From a virus (Duplodnaviria > Caudoviricetes), in the IMG/VR virus record IMGVR_UViG_3300009103_000037, positions 1 to 57,826 of that record: 57,826 bases of DNA; one strand, written 5' to 3'. Position numbers and translations under genes: made by a program. Positions 1 to 10,044 of the stretch are shown here, one piece after another. The notes under the pieces were generated by a model, which had not been told where the DNA came from, ran no database searches, and worked only from the letters and a program-made list of their open reading frames with translations. The stretch's first letter is position 1. The number at the start of each line of letters is the position of its first letter.

Positions 1-360
1 GACAATAGCTCTGCATACATCTATCATGGATTCTTTTGACATCTTTAGCTTTAAAGCGTTAACGCAGTAAGCGCACCAAACCACATTCCCCTCAATATAG
101 CCTAGAGCGGGATCTACACAATCAAGTGACATCTTGAATGGATCATGAGTTTTAGAGGCATCTGACTTTACGACATTCATTTTAATGCCTGAATAATAAC
201 ACTTCCCGCCTTGCTCATCAAACATATTCATCACCTGATCTCTTGTCAGGTCAAACGGCAGCCCCTTTTTAGAGGCTCTAGATCGAGCGTTGGCAACAGC
301 CCTTCCAAACATAATGTTTGGATAATTCAAGCACTTCTGTCTCCATCCAATATCAGTCAT
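1..360 (-). CDS. HNH-like endonuclease (runs off the window start; not in the ORF track)
   Basis: Hand translation from ATG at 360: MTDIGWRQ...ARSRASKKGLPFDLT...GKCYYSGIKM...SLDCVDPALGYIEGNVVWCAYCVNALK, matching the phage HNH pattern (SLDR.D...GY..GNV..C..CN). Confidence 0.7.
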   Translation of the reverse strand, partial: MTDIGWRQKCLNYPNIMFGRAVANARSRASKKGLPFDLTRDQVMNMFDEQGGKCYYSGIKMNVVKSDASKTHDPFKMSLDCVDPALGYIEGNVVWCAYCVNALKLKMSKESMIDVCRAIV

Positions 361-362
361 AA

Positions 363-617
363 TTACTCCATCGGCTTGTTAAAAACATTCACCATGATTC
401 TAACCCCATGTTTCGCACCAGAGGCTTTGGCTACAGTTCTTATTGCATTGGCGATCCTTCCTTGCTTTCCAATAACTTTTCCTACATCCTCTTTACCCAC
501 CTTGATTTCATATAAAACCCCCTCTTTATCAGTTTCTGCCTGAGCGACATCAACCGAGGCTTCATCATCAACAATGGCAACAACCATGGTCTTAATAAGG
601 TCTTCTATTCCGTTCAT
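363..617 (-). CDS. khpA: KH-domain RNA-binding protein (KhpA/YlqC family)
   Basis: 84 aa; EDVGKVIGKQGRIANAIRT is the GxxG KH loop typical of KhpA. Confidence 0.88.
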   Translation of the reverse strand: MNGIEDLIKTMVVAIVDDEASVDVAQAETDKEGVLYEIKVGKEDVGKVIGKQGRIANAIRTVAKASGAKHGVRIMVNVFNKPME

Positions 618-618
618 C

Positions 619-1143
619 TTATCTCTCCTTTACATTAATTTTAATAGGCTTAATTGCCCCGCTTCGTGGCACAAATACCTCTAGCATTCCATCTTTCATA
701 GTAGCCGTTGAAAGCTTCAAGTCAAAACCAGAGTGTATAAAATACTTAGTCCTGAAGTTTCTCCTGGCAATACCTCTTACAATCATCCCCTGTTGAACAC
801 CAGGCTTTGGAGCCTTGGGAGGATACTCATCTGACTGTTCTGCTTCTGCTTCAGTCACAAGACCCTGAGGTCTGCCGACCTTGCTTCCTATACCACCAAT
901 ACATAACAAGTTGCCCTCCACTGTTATAGAGACATCATCTGGAGAGTATCCTGCCAAGGCAAAGGCCATGTGAAAGCCCTCCTCATCACACCATTGATCG
1001 CACCTCGGAAACTTCCCCGCTGATGTAACCTTTTTGTTGCTCCCAACCTCTCTATAGAATTCATCATCAGACCAAAGCAGATCAAAGATCCTTCCCGGCA
1101 CCGAAACTCTACTCAATGTTTCTTTCATATTATTCTTCTCCAT
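619..1143 (-). CDS. Small heat-shock protein (Hsp20/IbpA-like)
   Basis: FALAGYSPDDVSITVEGNLL, RGIARRNF and ATMKDGMLEVFVP, plus a C-terminal IxI-like motif (IKINV). Confidence 0.85.
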   Translation of the reverse strand: MEKNNMKETLSRVSVPGRIFDLLWSDDEFYREVGSNKKVTSAGKFPRCDQWCDEEGFHMAFALAGYSPDDVSITVEGNLLCIGGIGSKVGRPQGLVTEAEAEQSDEYPPKAPKPGVQQGMIVRGIARRNFRTKYFIHSGFDLKLSTATMKDGMLEVFVPRSGAIKPIKINVKER

Positions 1144-1441
1144 CTTCTAGGTGAGCGTCTAAATAAAGACTGATTGTATTAAATGTTTCCACAACGCTGG
1201 AGATAGACCAGCTAAGCAGGGATGATATTGCAGCCCCAAACACCGGATTTATATCAAACCAGATAGAGCAAACCGCTCCAACCCAAGCCCCCGTACACAT
1301 TGTACAGTTTATCAGCTTATTTAAAAAATTAGATTTGCGTGATAAAAACTCTCTTACCGGCTCAAGTAAACTGCTTAATACAATTATTACTGTAATGCCA
1401 GTGCAACCTAATGTAAAACTTAAAAATTCAACTAAACTCAT
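1130..1441 (-). CDS. Small membrane protein with CxxC (DUF1360-like)
   Basis: Hydrophobic segments and LINCTMCTGAW. Confidence 0.55.
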   Translation of the reverse strand: MSLVEFLSFTLGCTGITVIIVLSSLLEPVREFLSRKSNFLNKLINCTMCTGAWVGAVCSIWFDINPVFGAAISSLLSWSISSVVETFNTISLYLDAHLEDGEE

Positions 1442-1541
1442 TATAACTCCGACTATCTTATATATACTGTAAAATCATATAACTATCAACAATTTTTGAC
1501 TTTAGTATATATTAACATTGTAAACCTTTTGCCCGAAAAAT

Positions 1542-1877
1542 CTAGAAAACTTCTTCAGCGGAGGCCGCAGTGATGCTGCGGCCTGATTTTTCTCGACTAA
1601 CTTCGATCTTAACACTAACAGGGACAACGGACTCTTCTTCATAAAAATAAAACATCTTCCCATCTTGGGTCTGTATGGCGTTCCTAGAATGATATTCAGG
1701 CTCTTGCTCATTGTTGAGCCTATCGAACGTCTTAACCCTCGACCAATGAGGCTCAACCTTTTGGTAAAGGCTCCCTCCCCACAAGAAATGATCTCCGTTA
1801 GCAACATGCTTCAATTCAGTTACACCAAAATCAGTATATGTAATCTCTGCGCTCATCGCATCTCCCTCCATTAGCAT
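1542..1877 (-). CDS. Hypothetical protein
   Basis: ORF in operon order; SD-like GGAG precedes the MSAE start. Confidence 0.6.
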   Translation of the reverse strand: MLMEGDAMSAEITYTDFGVTELKHVANGDHFLWGGSLYQKVEPHWSRVKTFDRLNNEQEPEYHSRNAIQTQDGKMFYFYEEESVVPVSVKIEVSREKSGRSITAASAEEVF

Positions 1878-1884
1878 CTTCCCG

Positions 1885-2454
1885 TTAAACTATCTCGTCT
1901 ATAACCCCAAGCTCTAAAGCACTTTCTGCTGTCATAAACCAATCCACTTTATTCTTCAATATTTCTGTTAATTTCTTTTTGGAAATCTTAGTAAGCCTCA
2001 AGGTCATCTCCTCTATCTTTTTTTGCAAACGCTTTGTTTCTTCAAGCTTCTCCTCTAGGTCTTTCACCTTTCCGAAAAAGCCAGAAGAGACTTGGTGATA
2101 CAGAGGAGTTGCATGTCTATACGCAAATCTTCGATGTCCATTAATAAGGATTACGAAACCACAAGACATGGCCGCTCCAGTTACAATTGTATGAATGGGC
2201 GTTTCGCTATTCTCCATAACGCCAATCAGCCCAAAGCATTGATATACTTTTCCTCCATAAGAATCTATATATATCCTTATGGGCTTTGCTTTATACTCAA
2301 GGCCATAAACACCGTAAAGCTTACACAGGTGTTCATCATTCTCGTTTATCTCTATTATACTTTTAGTGAGTTCATTTATAGAAGCCTGATCCACCTGTTT
2401 TGATAGGTATAAACTTCTATCCTTTGGAATGGGCAACGTGTTTGTCGCAGCCAT
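1885..2454 (-). CDS. clpP: ClpP-like serine protease
   Basis: IYIDSYGG, AAMSCG (Ser), LYHQ (His) and DWFMTAESALELGVIDEI (Asp). Confidence 0.85.
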   Translation of the reverse strand: MAATNTLPIPKDRSLYLSKQVDQASINELTKSIIEINENDEHLCKLYGVYGLEYKAKPIRIYIDSYGGKVYQCFGLIGVMENSETPIHTIVTGAAMSCGFVILINGHRRFAYRHATPLYHQVSSGFFGKVKDLEEKLEETKRLQKKIEEMTLRLTKISKKKLTEILKNKVDWFMTAESALELGVIDEIV

Positions 2455-2618
2455 TTAACCTCCTTTTTACATAGCGTGTTACACAAATTTTTCTATAAAT
2501 CTACGCAAAAGCTTTGTCTAGGCAGACTATATACACGGCACAATTTTTGTCCACATCGAAAGGATGCCTTCCCATGCACATGCGCGCATAGACCCGCAGA
2601 CTATGTATGAGGTCTTCG

Positions 2619-3161
2619 TCAGTCTATCTTTCTTATTCTATTCATTGGCGAATCATAAAAGGGGTGTTCTGGATATGACAAGGCCAACCCATATTGATAG
2701 AGCGGCTCACAATTATGATCAACGTCATGCCATCTGTCTGCAAACTCTGCCCTTGGAATAAAGCCCACCTCTCCGGCACCGAGACTAGGGTCTTCAAAAT
2801 AAATATTATCTTTATCACACCCTACGACGACCGAATAATGCCCGTCCTCCCAACACGCCGACCAATCAAGCTCACTGTCGCTCCATGCTTGATACGCCAC
2901 GATAACAGGAACTCCCTCCGTAACAAAGCCTTCCAGCTGCTTCATAGTCATGTTTTTAAACTCATGAGTCTTTAGACCATATTTCTTTGCAACCTCGACA
3001 ATGCGAATCGGATCAGTTCCCCAGTCTGCGCTGGTAGCAAGCTCGTTCGCAAGATCAATTTCACCGTCCTCATACAGACCATAATAATTCAATACGGATA
3101 ATAGTGAGGCTGCGCCACAAGTATAGTCTGTTGTCTGCCTTATATTTGGCAAATCTATCAT
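2619..3161 (-). CDS. C39-family cysteine peptidase
   Basis: QTTDYTCGAASL (Cys), GHYSVVVG (His) and YFEDPS (Asp). Confidence 0.85.
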   Translation of the reverse strand: MIDLPNIRQTTDYTCGAASLLSVLNYYGLYEDGEIDLANELATSADWGTDPIRIVEVAKKYGLKTHEFKNMTMKQLEGFVTEGVPVIVAYQAWSDSELDWSACWEDGHYSVVVGCDKDNIYFEDPSLGAGEVGFIPRAEFADRWHDVDHNCEPLYQYGLALSYPEHPFYDSPMNRIRKID

Positions 3162-3163
3162 TC

Positions 3164-3520
3164 TTATCTTCTTTCTGAAAGCAACTCTTTCCCATCAATA
3201 TACTTGCCACAGCAGTTGCAAGTAAATGGCGATGCAAGCTCCCCCTCGGAAGCATAATCAAAGGTTATTTCTTCTCCAACCTTTATATTCTTTATAGCCA
3301 CAACATTCATGCCGTCTATTACGCAGGAAGGGTGGCATGAATGATTGATATACATGCCCATTTGATCCTCAACATGTCTATTTTCCCCCACCTGAATTGA
3401 TGTTCTGGTCTTTTCTTTGTTCACCAGGGCCGGGGAGAGGGAATAAACTACTGAGCCCTCTGTGCAATCTGTGTCAGAATGAATAGAGCTATAGTCTCCG
3501 ATCTTTTTCAAGTATACCAC
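3164..3520 (-). CDS. SET-domain protein
   Basis: YINHSCHPS, GEEITFDY and a post-SET-like FTCNCC. Confidence 0.85.
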   Translation of the reverse strand: MVYLKKIGDYSSIHSDTDCTEGSVVYSLSPALVNKEKTRTSIQVGENRHVEDQMGMYINHSCHPSCVIDGMNVVAIKNIKVGEEITFDYASEGELASPFTCNCCGKYIDGKELLSERR

Positions 3521-3532
3521 GTTATTCTCTAT

Positions 3533-4246
3533 TTATATACTTCGCTTTATCTTCAAATAAGACTCAACAGTTACCGGAAAAAGATTCTTTGCGAAATCAA
3601 GACACGCCTCTGCAACAACCTGAATCTCCCACTGCGCTCCTTCGTGCGTCCTTAGGTCTATAAACTTTAGAAGATTAGATAAATTGCAGGTTCCATAGTA
3701 TTCGGTATACAAGTTTTGAGGAAGAACCCCTCTTGCTTGCTCCCTGCAAACTCCTGAATCTATCATTTTATTATACAAATCTAGTGACATCTGATGGTGT
3801 GAGAAAACCATTTCACTGCAATCATAACCACAGCTTAATGTAGGGTTTATAAGATTATCAGAATTACTTGCTTGTCTATTTATTTTATGTTGTGTTCTAA
3901 AAGATTTTGGCTCATAAAAATCAATACCAACATCTGTATATCTTCTGCTAATTTCATTATAGGACCAAGTTCTATGCCTATGATGCTGAGATCTTATGAA
4001 CAGCGGAACAACAAACTTAAAAGTTACTCCACAATGTTCCAGCGTAGACGTATGTTTGTTCTTAACGAGGTAATCTACAAGCTTGATGTCTCTTTCGGAG
4101 AGCTCTTCTTTGTCTGAATCATTACCGAATGAGACTCTTGCAGACCTTACTACCGTAGCATCTGATCCCCAATGCTGTATAAGCTGCACCCTTCCTATAT
4201 TATCGCCATAAAGATACTTAGTAAGGCCTAGGTCCTCGTCATTCAT
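3533..4246 (-). CDS. thyX: FAD-dependent thymidylate synthase
   Basis: HTSTLEH, RHRTWSYNEISRRY (ThyX motif), EQARGVLP and AQWEI. Confidence 0.95.
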   Translation of the reverse strand: MNDEDLGLTKYLYGDNIGRVQLIQHWGSDATVVRSARVSFGNDSDKEELSERDIKLVDYLVKNKHTSTLEHCGVTFKFVVPLFIRSQHHRHRTWSYNEISRRYTDVGIDFYEPKSFRTQHKINRQASNSDNLINPTLSCGYDCSEMVFSHHQMSLDLYNKMIDSGVCREQARGVLPQNLYTEYYGTCNLSNLLKFIDLRTHEGAQWEIQVVAEACLDFAKNLFPVTVESYLKIKRSI

Positions 4247-5441
4247 TAGAGGCTCCTCTGCAAACCATAGTAAGCCTTCGGTCCTCGTCTAACAATATAT
4301 TTGCAACATTTCTAATATCTTCTCTAGTAACCTGTTCTACCTTATCTATATATTCATCTATAGAAGGACATTTGAAAAGTCTTTCCTTAACTCCCCAATA
4401 GGCTATACTATAACTATCTTCTATGGCAGAATAAAAGGATGATCTCATTTTATTTTTTGACCTCTGTAGCTCTTCGTCTGTAACCAAATTCTCCCTCATC
4501 TTCTCTAACTCACCATCAATGATGCTAACGGCCTCTTCTACATTTGCATCCCTTGTGGAAAAATCAATCATACTTACAGCGCCATGTTCCCAATCATTAT
4601 AGCTAGATGAAACCCCATAAACCAAGCCTTTCTTCTCCCTAACTTCGGTAAAAAGCCTTGAGTCCATACCCCTTCCGAGAATCGTTGTCATCAGTTGCGT
4701 GGAATAAATATGCTCAGAGGGGGTATTAAATCCGGGCGTACCCATCCACACATACGTGTGCTCTATCCCTGCTCGTTCGGCTTCTAAAACCCTGCTCTCT
4801 TCATATTTAGAATCAACAAAAGCTTTGCCGCGCCTGATCTTACCAGACTGTTTTCCAAAGTATTTGTTAAGCATATCCCTCATCTTTGCTTTGCTGAGGT
4901 TGCTGCAAATAGAAACTATAGCATCCTTTCTATTACAATACTCAGAGTGAAATCTTGATATCTCAGACCTGCTGAATCCGGAAATAGACTCGGCAGTACC
5001 CAAAACAGGAGCTGTAAGATAATTATCGAAAAAGTTTTCAGAAAACCCTCTCCAGATAAATGAGCCTACGTCGTCTAAGGAGGATGCCTCCTCTTCTTTT
5101 ACTACCTCTATTTCTCTAAGGATCTCCTCCTCAGGAAAGATAGGGTTAAAAACCATATCTGAAAGTATCTCTACACACTTTTCAAGATTTTCATATGGGA
5201 CTGATATATAATAGGCGACTGACTCATGCGAAGTAAAAGCATTAGAGTGTCCTCCGAGAAAAGCTATCTCTCTTTGGATTTCAGTTCCAGTTCTAGTAGG
5301 TGTTCCTTTGAACAAAGAGTGTTCTAACATATGAGAAATTCCAGGGCTATAACCCCCTTTCTCTTCCACTCTAGAACCGGCATTAAAAGATATTATTATA
5401 GTAGCTAATCTACTATGTGTCTTTGAGATTACATGAATCAC
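4239..5441 (-). CDS. M16 (pitrilysin-family) zinc peptidase
   Basis: GISHMLEHSLFKGT (inverted HxxEH), NAFTS and SRLFTEVREKKGLVY. Confidence 0.92.
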   Translation of the reverse strand: MIHVISKTHSRLATIIISFNAGSRVEEKGGYSPGISHMLEHSLFKGTPTRTGTEIQREIAFLGGHSNAFTSHESVAYYISVPYENLEKCVEILSDMVFNPIFPEEEILREIEVVKEEEASSLDDVGSFIWRGFSENFFDNYLTAPVLGTAESISGFSRSEISRFHSEYCNRKDAIVSICSNLSKAKMRDMLNKYFGKQSGKIRRGKAFVDSKYEESRVLEAERAGIEHTYVWMGTPGFNTPSEHIYSTQLMTTILGRGMDSRLFTEVREKKGLVYGVSSSYNDWEHGAVSMIDFSTRDANVEEAVSIIDGELEKMRENLVTDEELQRSKNKMRSSFYSAIEDSYSIAYWGVKERLFKCPSIDEYIDKVEQVTREDIRNVANILLDEDRRLTMVCRGASNE

Positions 5442-5496
5442 TAACTACTCCTATATATTGTAAAACTATTGCCCGAAGGCTTCGCTTGGAGCGAAG

Positions 5497-5533
5497 AAAA
5501 AAGGGGAGAGGGATATTTTCCCCCTCCCCTTTC
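5497..5533 (-). terminator. Intrinsic terminator
   Basis: Minus-strand hairpin AAAGGGGAGGGGGA..TCCCTCTCCCCTTT followed by a T-run, just after the 5538-6680 stop. Confidence 0.75.
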
Positions 5534-5537
5534 AATG

Positions 5538-6680
5538 TTACCGATTCTTGCTTTCAATAACTACTTTCTTTCCATACGGGAATTGAACCCCTGCGTCTTG
5601 GTCACATACAGCCCATAACATCCTAGTCTTAGGCTTGGATGGAAAAGGGGCATAACCATCCGTAAAGACCACTAAGCCGTCATACTTACGCTCATCTGCA
5701 AGATGAATCACTGGCTCAAAACACGTTCCGCCTCGACCAACTATATCAACTTTTGCCGCCTTCTTGCTAAAGGGCTTGGGATCACCATACAGCTTTGTAT
5801 CAAACTGAATGAAGTCAACCTCTACATGGTCTATCATTCCATTTAATTCTGTAGCAAAGTATTCCAGCTGAGTATCCGAAACAGATCCAGAAGTATCAAA
5901 CGCCACAAGCAATCGACTTGTATAATTTCTTTTGGACCCAGGAGAGGTAAACCCATAGCGTCTATTTGGCCTCATTCTGGTACTCTTTCTTCCCATGAGG
6001 ACAAGCTTGTTGATAAACCATCTTACTTCTTTTTTCCAATTAACAACTGGCTTGTTAGCCGCTATAATTTGTGAAGCAAGACTTCCTCCAATAGATCCCC
6101 AGCCCTTCTTCTCTTGCTCTTTAATGGCCTTCTCTGCGATGTTTCTAACTTTCTCTTCAACAATATCATCGTCAAAGTCGTCCCACATAGAGTGGTCATC
6201 AACAGTATCTCCTTTGCCTTCAATGAGCTGGTCAAAGTCTTTGCCCTGACCTTCGCACTCTTTCTTTAGCTTCTCATAGTACCACTCCGAAGACTGATTG
6301 TCTTCCAGCCCAAACTGATTAGGGTACAAGGCACCCTGCGGCAACCCCTCAATGTGGCAGTTAATTGCACAATCAGCGGCTATATTGTAGCCTCTAGGGT
6401 TATAAGCAAAGTGCTTAGCTCTAGTAAGATGGTGCAATAGAACGTGCAAAGCCTCATGCTTAAGAACACTTCTAAGCTCAGTCGTGCTAAGGCTGTCTAC
6501 AAAGTCTGGATTATAGTATAGGGCCAAGTCAACTCGCCTGATTACGCCCACGGCAAGGGTTGGAATATCCTTTCTTTCCTTCTTATTAAGATGAAGAAAG
6601 ACCTCTCCATATAGCGGCTGGAATGTAACAAGCTTTGAAATTGCCGATTCAAGCTTATTTTTAACTTTTGTATTAGCCAT
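5538..6680 (-). CDS. DUF2201-type metallopeptidase with C-terminal VWA domain
   Basis: LKHEALH (HExxH), NIAADCAIN, DTSGS (MIDAS), GRGGT and FTDG. Confidence 0.88.
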   Translation of the reverse strand: MANTKVKNKLESAISKLVTFQPLYGEVFLHLNKKERKDIPTLAVGVIRRVDLALYYNPDFVDSLSTTELRSVLKHEALHVLLHHLTRAKHFAYNPRGYNIAADCAINCHIEGLPQGALYPNQFGLEDNQSSEWYYEKLKKECEGQGKDFDQLIEGKGDTVDDHSMWDDFDDDIVEEKVRNIAEKAIKEQEKKGWGSIGGSLASQIIAANKPVVNWKKEVRWFINKLVLMGRKSTRMRPNRRYGFTSPGSKRNYTSRLLVAFDTSGSVSDTQLEYFATELNGMIDHVEVDFIQFDTKLYGDPKPFSKKAAKVDIVGRGGTCFEPVIHLADERKYDGLVVFTDGYAPFPSKPKTRMLWAVCDQDAGVQFPYGKKVVIESKNR

Positions 6681-6749
6681 AGTATTAATCTCCTGTTGAA
6701 ATCAAGACACCTTTTAACCCTGTGCCTTCCCGTGGGTGAAATCAAGGAC

Positions 6750-7826
6750 TTATGAAGAGAGGTAAATCTGCTTCAAATGCTCCCTGAAATCTTCATCACT
6801 CTGCCATTCCATAACAATCTTCTTGCTCTTCTGACCAGCAAGAAGGGCAACCCAAGCTTGCGAAGCAACATCATTTGGAAGCATCATAAAGAAGTCTCTC
6901 AAATTAGCTCTCTCCTTGGTCTTAGTCTTGGTCAAGCTTCTTTCGTTGACCTCTGCAACAACCGAGCGAGAAAGTGCTGCAATAACCTCAATGTCATTAC
7001 ACGCAGACTCTACCTTACTCTTAACCTTCTCGAAGTTGTCCAGCACATCACTTGGTCGAAGCTGAGAGAATTCATTAGTCAAAAACTTCTGAAACATTAC
7101 GGCAATTTCTCGACCAACCCAACCTTTAGTAACCTGAGTAAGCATACCATCATCTGTGCGCTTATCCAGCCCCATAAGTTGCAGGGTATCAGAAAATGCA
7201 ACCCAACTTCTTCGAGAAGGGTAAACTCTGCCAGCCTCAAGGTTTCCTACTGGTGGGTCAAGGAGGTTTTGATTGCGGTTAATAAACTCTACTACCGCTT
7301 CATGGACACTGTTTTGTCTCGCCCAATCCATCCACTCTTGAGTAGAGGGATCAAAGTCGATATGAAACCACCTATCATGCAAGGCGGGATCAAGCTCCAC
7401 TACATCATAATCCTCATCGGAGTTTACAGCAGAAACAACTCGCCATCCGTCCGGCAACTTTTCTCCATCCAAACGCCTATCTAAGCAGATCTCAAAGACT
7501 GCTTGAAGAACATCTTTCGATGCTCGATTAAGCTCATCAAAGAACAAAATGCCCTTTGAGTCCTGTGCTTTAGGCCACCATTCCTGCTTCAAGAAACGAA
7601 GCACATCCTTCTCGGTGTCTTTGTGAGGCATACCTTTAATATCACCCACTTCACACTGAGAGAGTCTTACGTCATAAAAGCCATAAGTCTCACCTGTTTC
7701 TTCCGACAGCTCGTCGGCAACCTGCCTAACGACTGAGGACTTTCCTACGCCATGCTTTGCGTGAAGCATCACAGACTTATCTTTTGGCATCCTTTTGAGG
7801 ATTTCCTTCGTTTGTTCAATATTCAT
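6750..7826 (-). CDS. MoxR-like AAA+ ATPase
   Basis: Walker A variant AKHGVGKS, Walker B ILFFDELNRA and LDPALHDRW; adjacent to a VWA gene. Confidence 0.88.
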   Translation of the reverse strand: MNIEQTKEILKRMPKDKSVMLHAKHGVGKSSVVRQVADELSEETGETYGFYDVRLSQCEVGDIKGMPHKDTEKDVLRFLKQEWWPKAQDSKGILFFDELNRASKDVLQAVFEICLDRRLDGEKLPDGWRVVSAVNSDEDYDVVELDPALHDRWFHIDFDPSTQEWMDWARQNSVHEAVVEFINRNQNLLDPPVGNLEAGRVYPSRRSWVAFSDTLQLMGLDKRTDDGMLTQVTKGWVGREIAVMFQKFLTNEFSQLRPSDVLDNFEKVKSKVESACNDIEVIAALSRSVVAEVNERSLTKTKTKERANLRDFFMMLPNDVASQAWVALLAGQKSKKIVMEWQSDEDFREHLKQIYLSS

Positions 7827-7877
7827 GCTTTCTCCTTTTCAGCAAGATTCGATAATGGGATACTTCCCACGGAGCTA

Positions 7878-7892
7878 TATAACTGATGTAGA
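7878..7892 (-). promoter_or_regulatory. Conserved phage promoter motif TCTWCAYCRGTTATA, copy 1 of 11
   Basis: TCTACATCAGTTATA upstream of the AAA ATPase. Other copies at 14343, 20808, 24803, 29059, 35081, 41095, 45256, 46164, 56684 (minus) and 57552 (plus). Confidence 0.8.
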
Positions 7893-7899
7893 AAAAAAT

Positions 7900-8268
7900 C
7901 TACTTTTTTTCCTCTTCGCCTTCACTTGAAAACTCACCCTCCTTTGGAAGTTCTGCTACCGCATCTCTAACCGAGGCCAATCTGTCTTGAAATGTTTTCA
8001 ATGATGCAACCAAATCACCCATAGATTCCGGTGATCCTTGATTAAATGCCTCGCCACTAAATGCTTCTGCTCCAAAAGCCTCTGGATTAAGAAGAGATGA
8101 AAAGGTGCTCTTAAGAGCCTCTAGTCCATCAGAAGGCATAGCTCCATCTTCGCCCAATATAGAATCTGCAAAGCTAGTAGCTTCATCAATCTTCTCTTCT
8201 ATGGAAGATAGCCGTGTGTTAATATCATCCAACTTGGACATAACCAATGCTTCAAACTCATTTGACAT
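7900..8268 (-). CDS. Hypothetical acidic coiled-coil protein
   Basis: ORF with a GGAG SD, overlapping the upstream stop. Confidence 0.65.
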   Translation of the reverse strand: MSNEFEALVMSKLDDINTRLSSIEEKIDEATSFADSILGEDGAMPSDGLEALKSTFSSLLNPEAFGAEAFSGEAFNQGSPESMGDLVASLKTFQDRLASVRDAVAELPKEGEFSSEGEEEKK

Positions 8269-9380
8269 TATTTTCTCCTATTTTTTGTCCCAAAAGCGTG
8301 GGATTCATCCAGCGCAGATGGGGTTAGTTTTATAAACCTAGAGTTATTTCTTAGGTCACTTAAGTTGTAAGAGTTAGTATAGGTCATAGCAGACCTTAAC
8401 CCTCCGCAAAATTCATCTATAATATAGTAAGCCTTCCCCTTTAACGGAATATGTGTCGATACACCTTCTGCGCAAGTTCCTGGCTTAAGACCCCCTCTTT
8501 TGTCATCCTGAACTTCCTTTGAAGCCATACCTCTGTAAGCCTTAACTCTTCTTCCGTCCAAAGATATTACTTCACCTGGAGACTCTAATGTTCCCGCAAA
8601 TATTCGTCCGGCAATAATGGCATCTGCTCCAGCCGCAAGGCTCTTAACAAAGTCTGCTGGATACCTTATTCCTCCATCTGCTATAATAGATACACTATCA
8701 AAGTTGCCATTATTCTCTCTGGCTGCATAGCAATCAATAACTGAAGCAAGCGTTGGAACTCCAATTCCAGTCATTATCCTTGTCTTGCAGATTGAGCCTC
8801 CACCTATGCCTACTCTAACGGCACTCGCTCCAGCCTCAGCAAGTCGCATAAACCCCTCTCCTGTTGCAACATTTCCAGCAATAATAGGTATGCTTCCAGA
8901 GGTTACTAGATCTACCCACTTTATCATTTCTATCATATAACTTGAATCACCATTAGCAATATCAATTGTAACGGCAGAAAGGGAGTCCTTAAACCTATCA
9001 TAGAGATAATTAAACCTTTGCTTTTCAGCCCTACCTATCCCAATAGCAGGAACTACCTTCGCCAGCCTAGAGCCTGTAATCTCTGTATTCTGGTGAAGAA
9101 TATCCTCTATAGCTAGAGCCTGTTCCTCTTTAGACATAAATCTATGAAGAATACCAAGACCCCCATTAGACCCCATTGAAAAGGCCATCTTTGCGCCTGT
9201 TACAGTGTCCATCGGAGAAGATATAATCGGAATATCTAGCCCTATGCTATCTGCTATATAGGAGCTGGTATCAGGCTCCCTTCTGGACCTTATCTCCGAA
9301 TAAGTCGGAACAATCATTACATCATCAAAAGAAGGCGGATCTCCGCCTTCAAGAAAAACCTGTATAGGATCACCTATCAT
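8268..9380 (-). CDS. IMP dehydrogenase/GMP reductase family enzyme (CBS-less; probably GMP reductase)
   Basis: [23 protein letters not shown] (catalytic Cys), IIADGGI, YRGMAS and GGLRSAMTY. Confidence 0.88.
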   Translation of the reverse strand: MIGDPIQVFLEGGDPPSFDDVMIVPTYSEIRSRREPDTSSYIADSIGLDIPIISSPMDTVTGAKMAFSMGSNGGLGILHRFMSKEEQALAIEDILHQNTEITGSRLAKVVPAIGIGRAEKQRFNYLYDRFKDSLSAVTIDIANGDSSYMIEMIKWVDLVTSGSIPIIAGNVATGEGFMRLAEAGASAVRVGIGGGSICKTRIMTGIGVPTLASVIDCYAARENNGNFDSVSIIADGGIRYPADFVKSLAAGADAIIAGRIFAGTLESPGEVISLDGRRVKAYRGMASKEVQDDKRGGLKPGTCAEGVSTHIPLKGKAYYIIDEFCGGLRSAMTYTNSYNLSDLRNNSRFIKLTPSALDESHAFGTKNRRK

Positions 9381-10044
9381 TAGAACGACTCCTTAAGTAG
9401 TATGAATCAAAAGCTTGAGCAAAGTCCTCAGATGATCCTTGTATCTTTGCTCCAATACACAGCCTGTCCCACCAGTAGTGAGCTAGTTCGTGAGCCAACA
9501 CCTCTTGGTTTAGATATGCCCCCATATCTGTCACTAAAATTGAAGAGTTATTTTCAACCTCAGGTGTACTATCATAATAGCCATACAGGGTTCTTCCCTC
9601 AAGCTTTTCTACTCCAAACTTCATTCTGTAAAAATCCCGAAATCTATTATCATCCTGCAAAATATCTTTTGATACAACTGTCACAATTAAATTATACCCA
9701 CTGCCTCTACAATCTGTGATTGCCACCCCTCTTTCCTTTAGAAAAGAGTCCAATACAACGGAGGTTCTTCTCACCATCGCTTCTATATAGCGAGGACTGT
9801 GAGACTTATAAATATAAGACAAAGGCTTCCCTTTTCTTGATTCATATAAGAGGGTTAGCTTAACAGCTCTCTTCGGCACCGTCACCTCTTTAGAGGTTGA
9901 GGCAACTGTTTCTACATCTGAAATTATAGGTAATTTATATACCTTGTTGGGTCCTGCTTTAGCATCACAACCTGTTGTTGTCATAACACTAAAGAATAAT
10001 ACTGTCACGATCCTTTTGTAAAGTTTTCCTAATTTCATGGGCAT
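9370..10044 (-). CDS. Putative lipoprotein zinc metalloprotease
   Basis: Signal peptide ending TTTGC; VLAHELAHYW followed by a downstream E (SEDFA). Confidence 0.6.
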   Translation of the reverse strand: MPMKLGKLYKRIVTVLFFSVMTTTGCDAKAGPNKVYKLPIISDVETVASTSKEVTVPKRAVKLTLLYESRKGKPLSYIYKSHSPRYIEAMVRRTSVVLDSFLKERGVAITDCRGSGYNLIVTVVSKDILQDDNRFRDFYRMKFGVEKLEGRTLYGYYDSTPEVENNSSILVTDMGAYLNQEVLAHELAHYWWDRLCIGAKIQGSSEDFAQAFDSYYLRSRSNDR

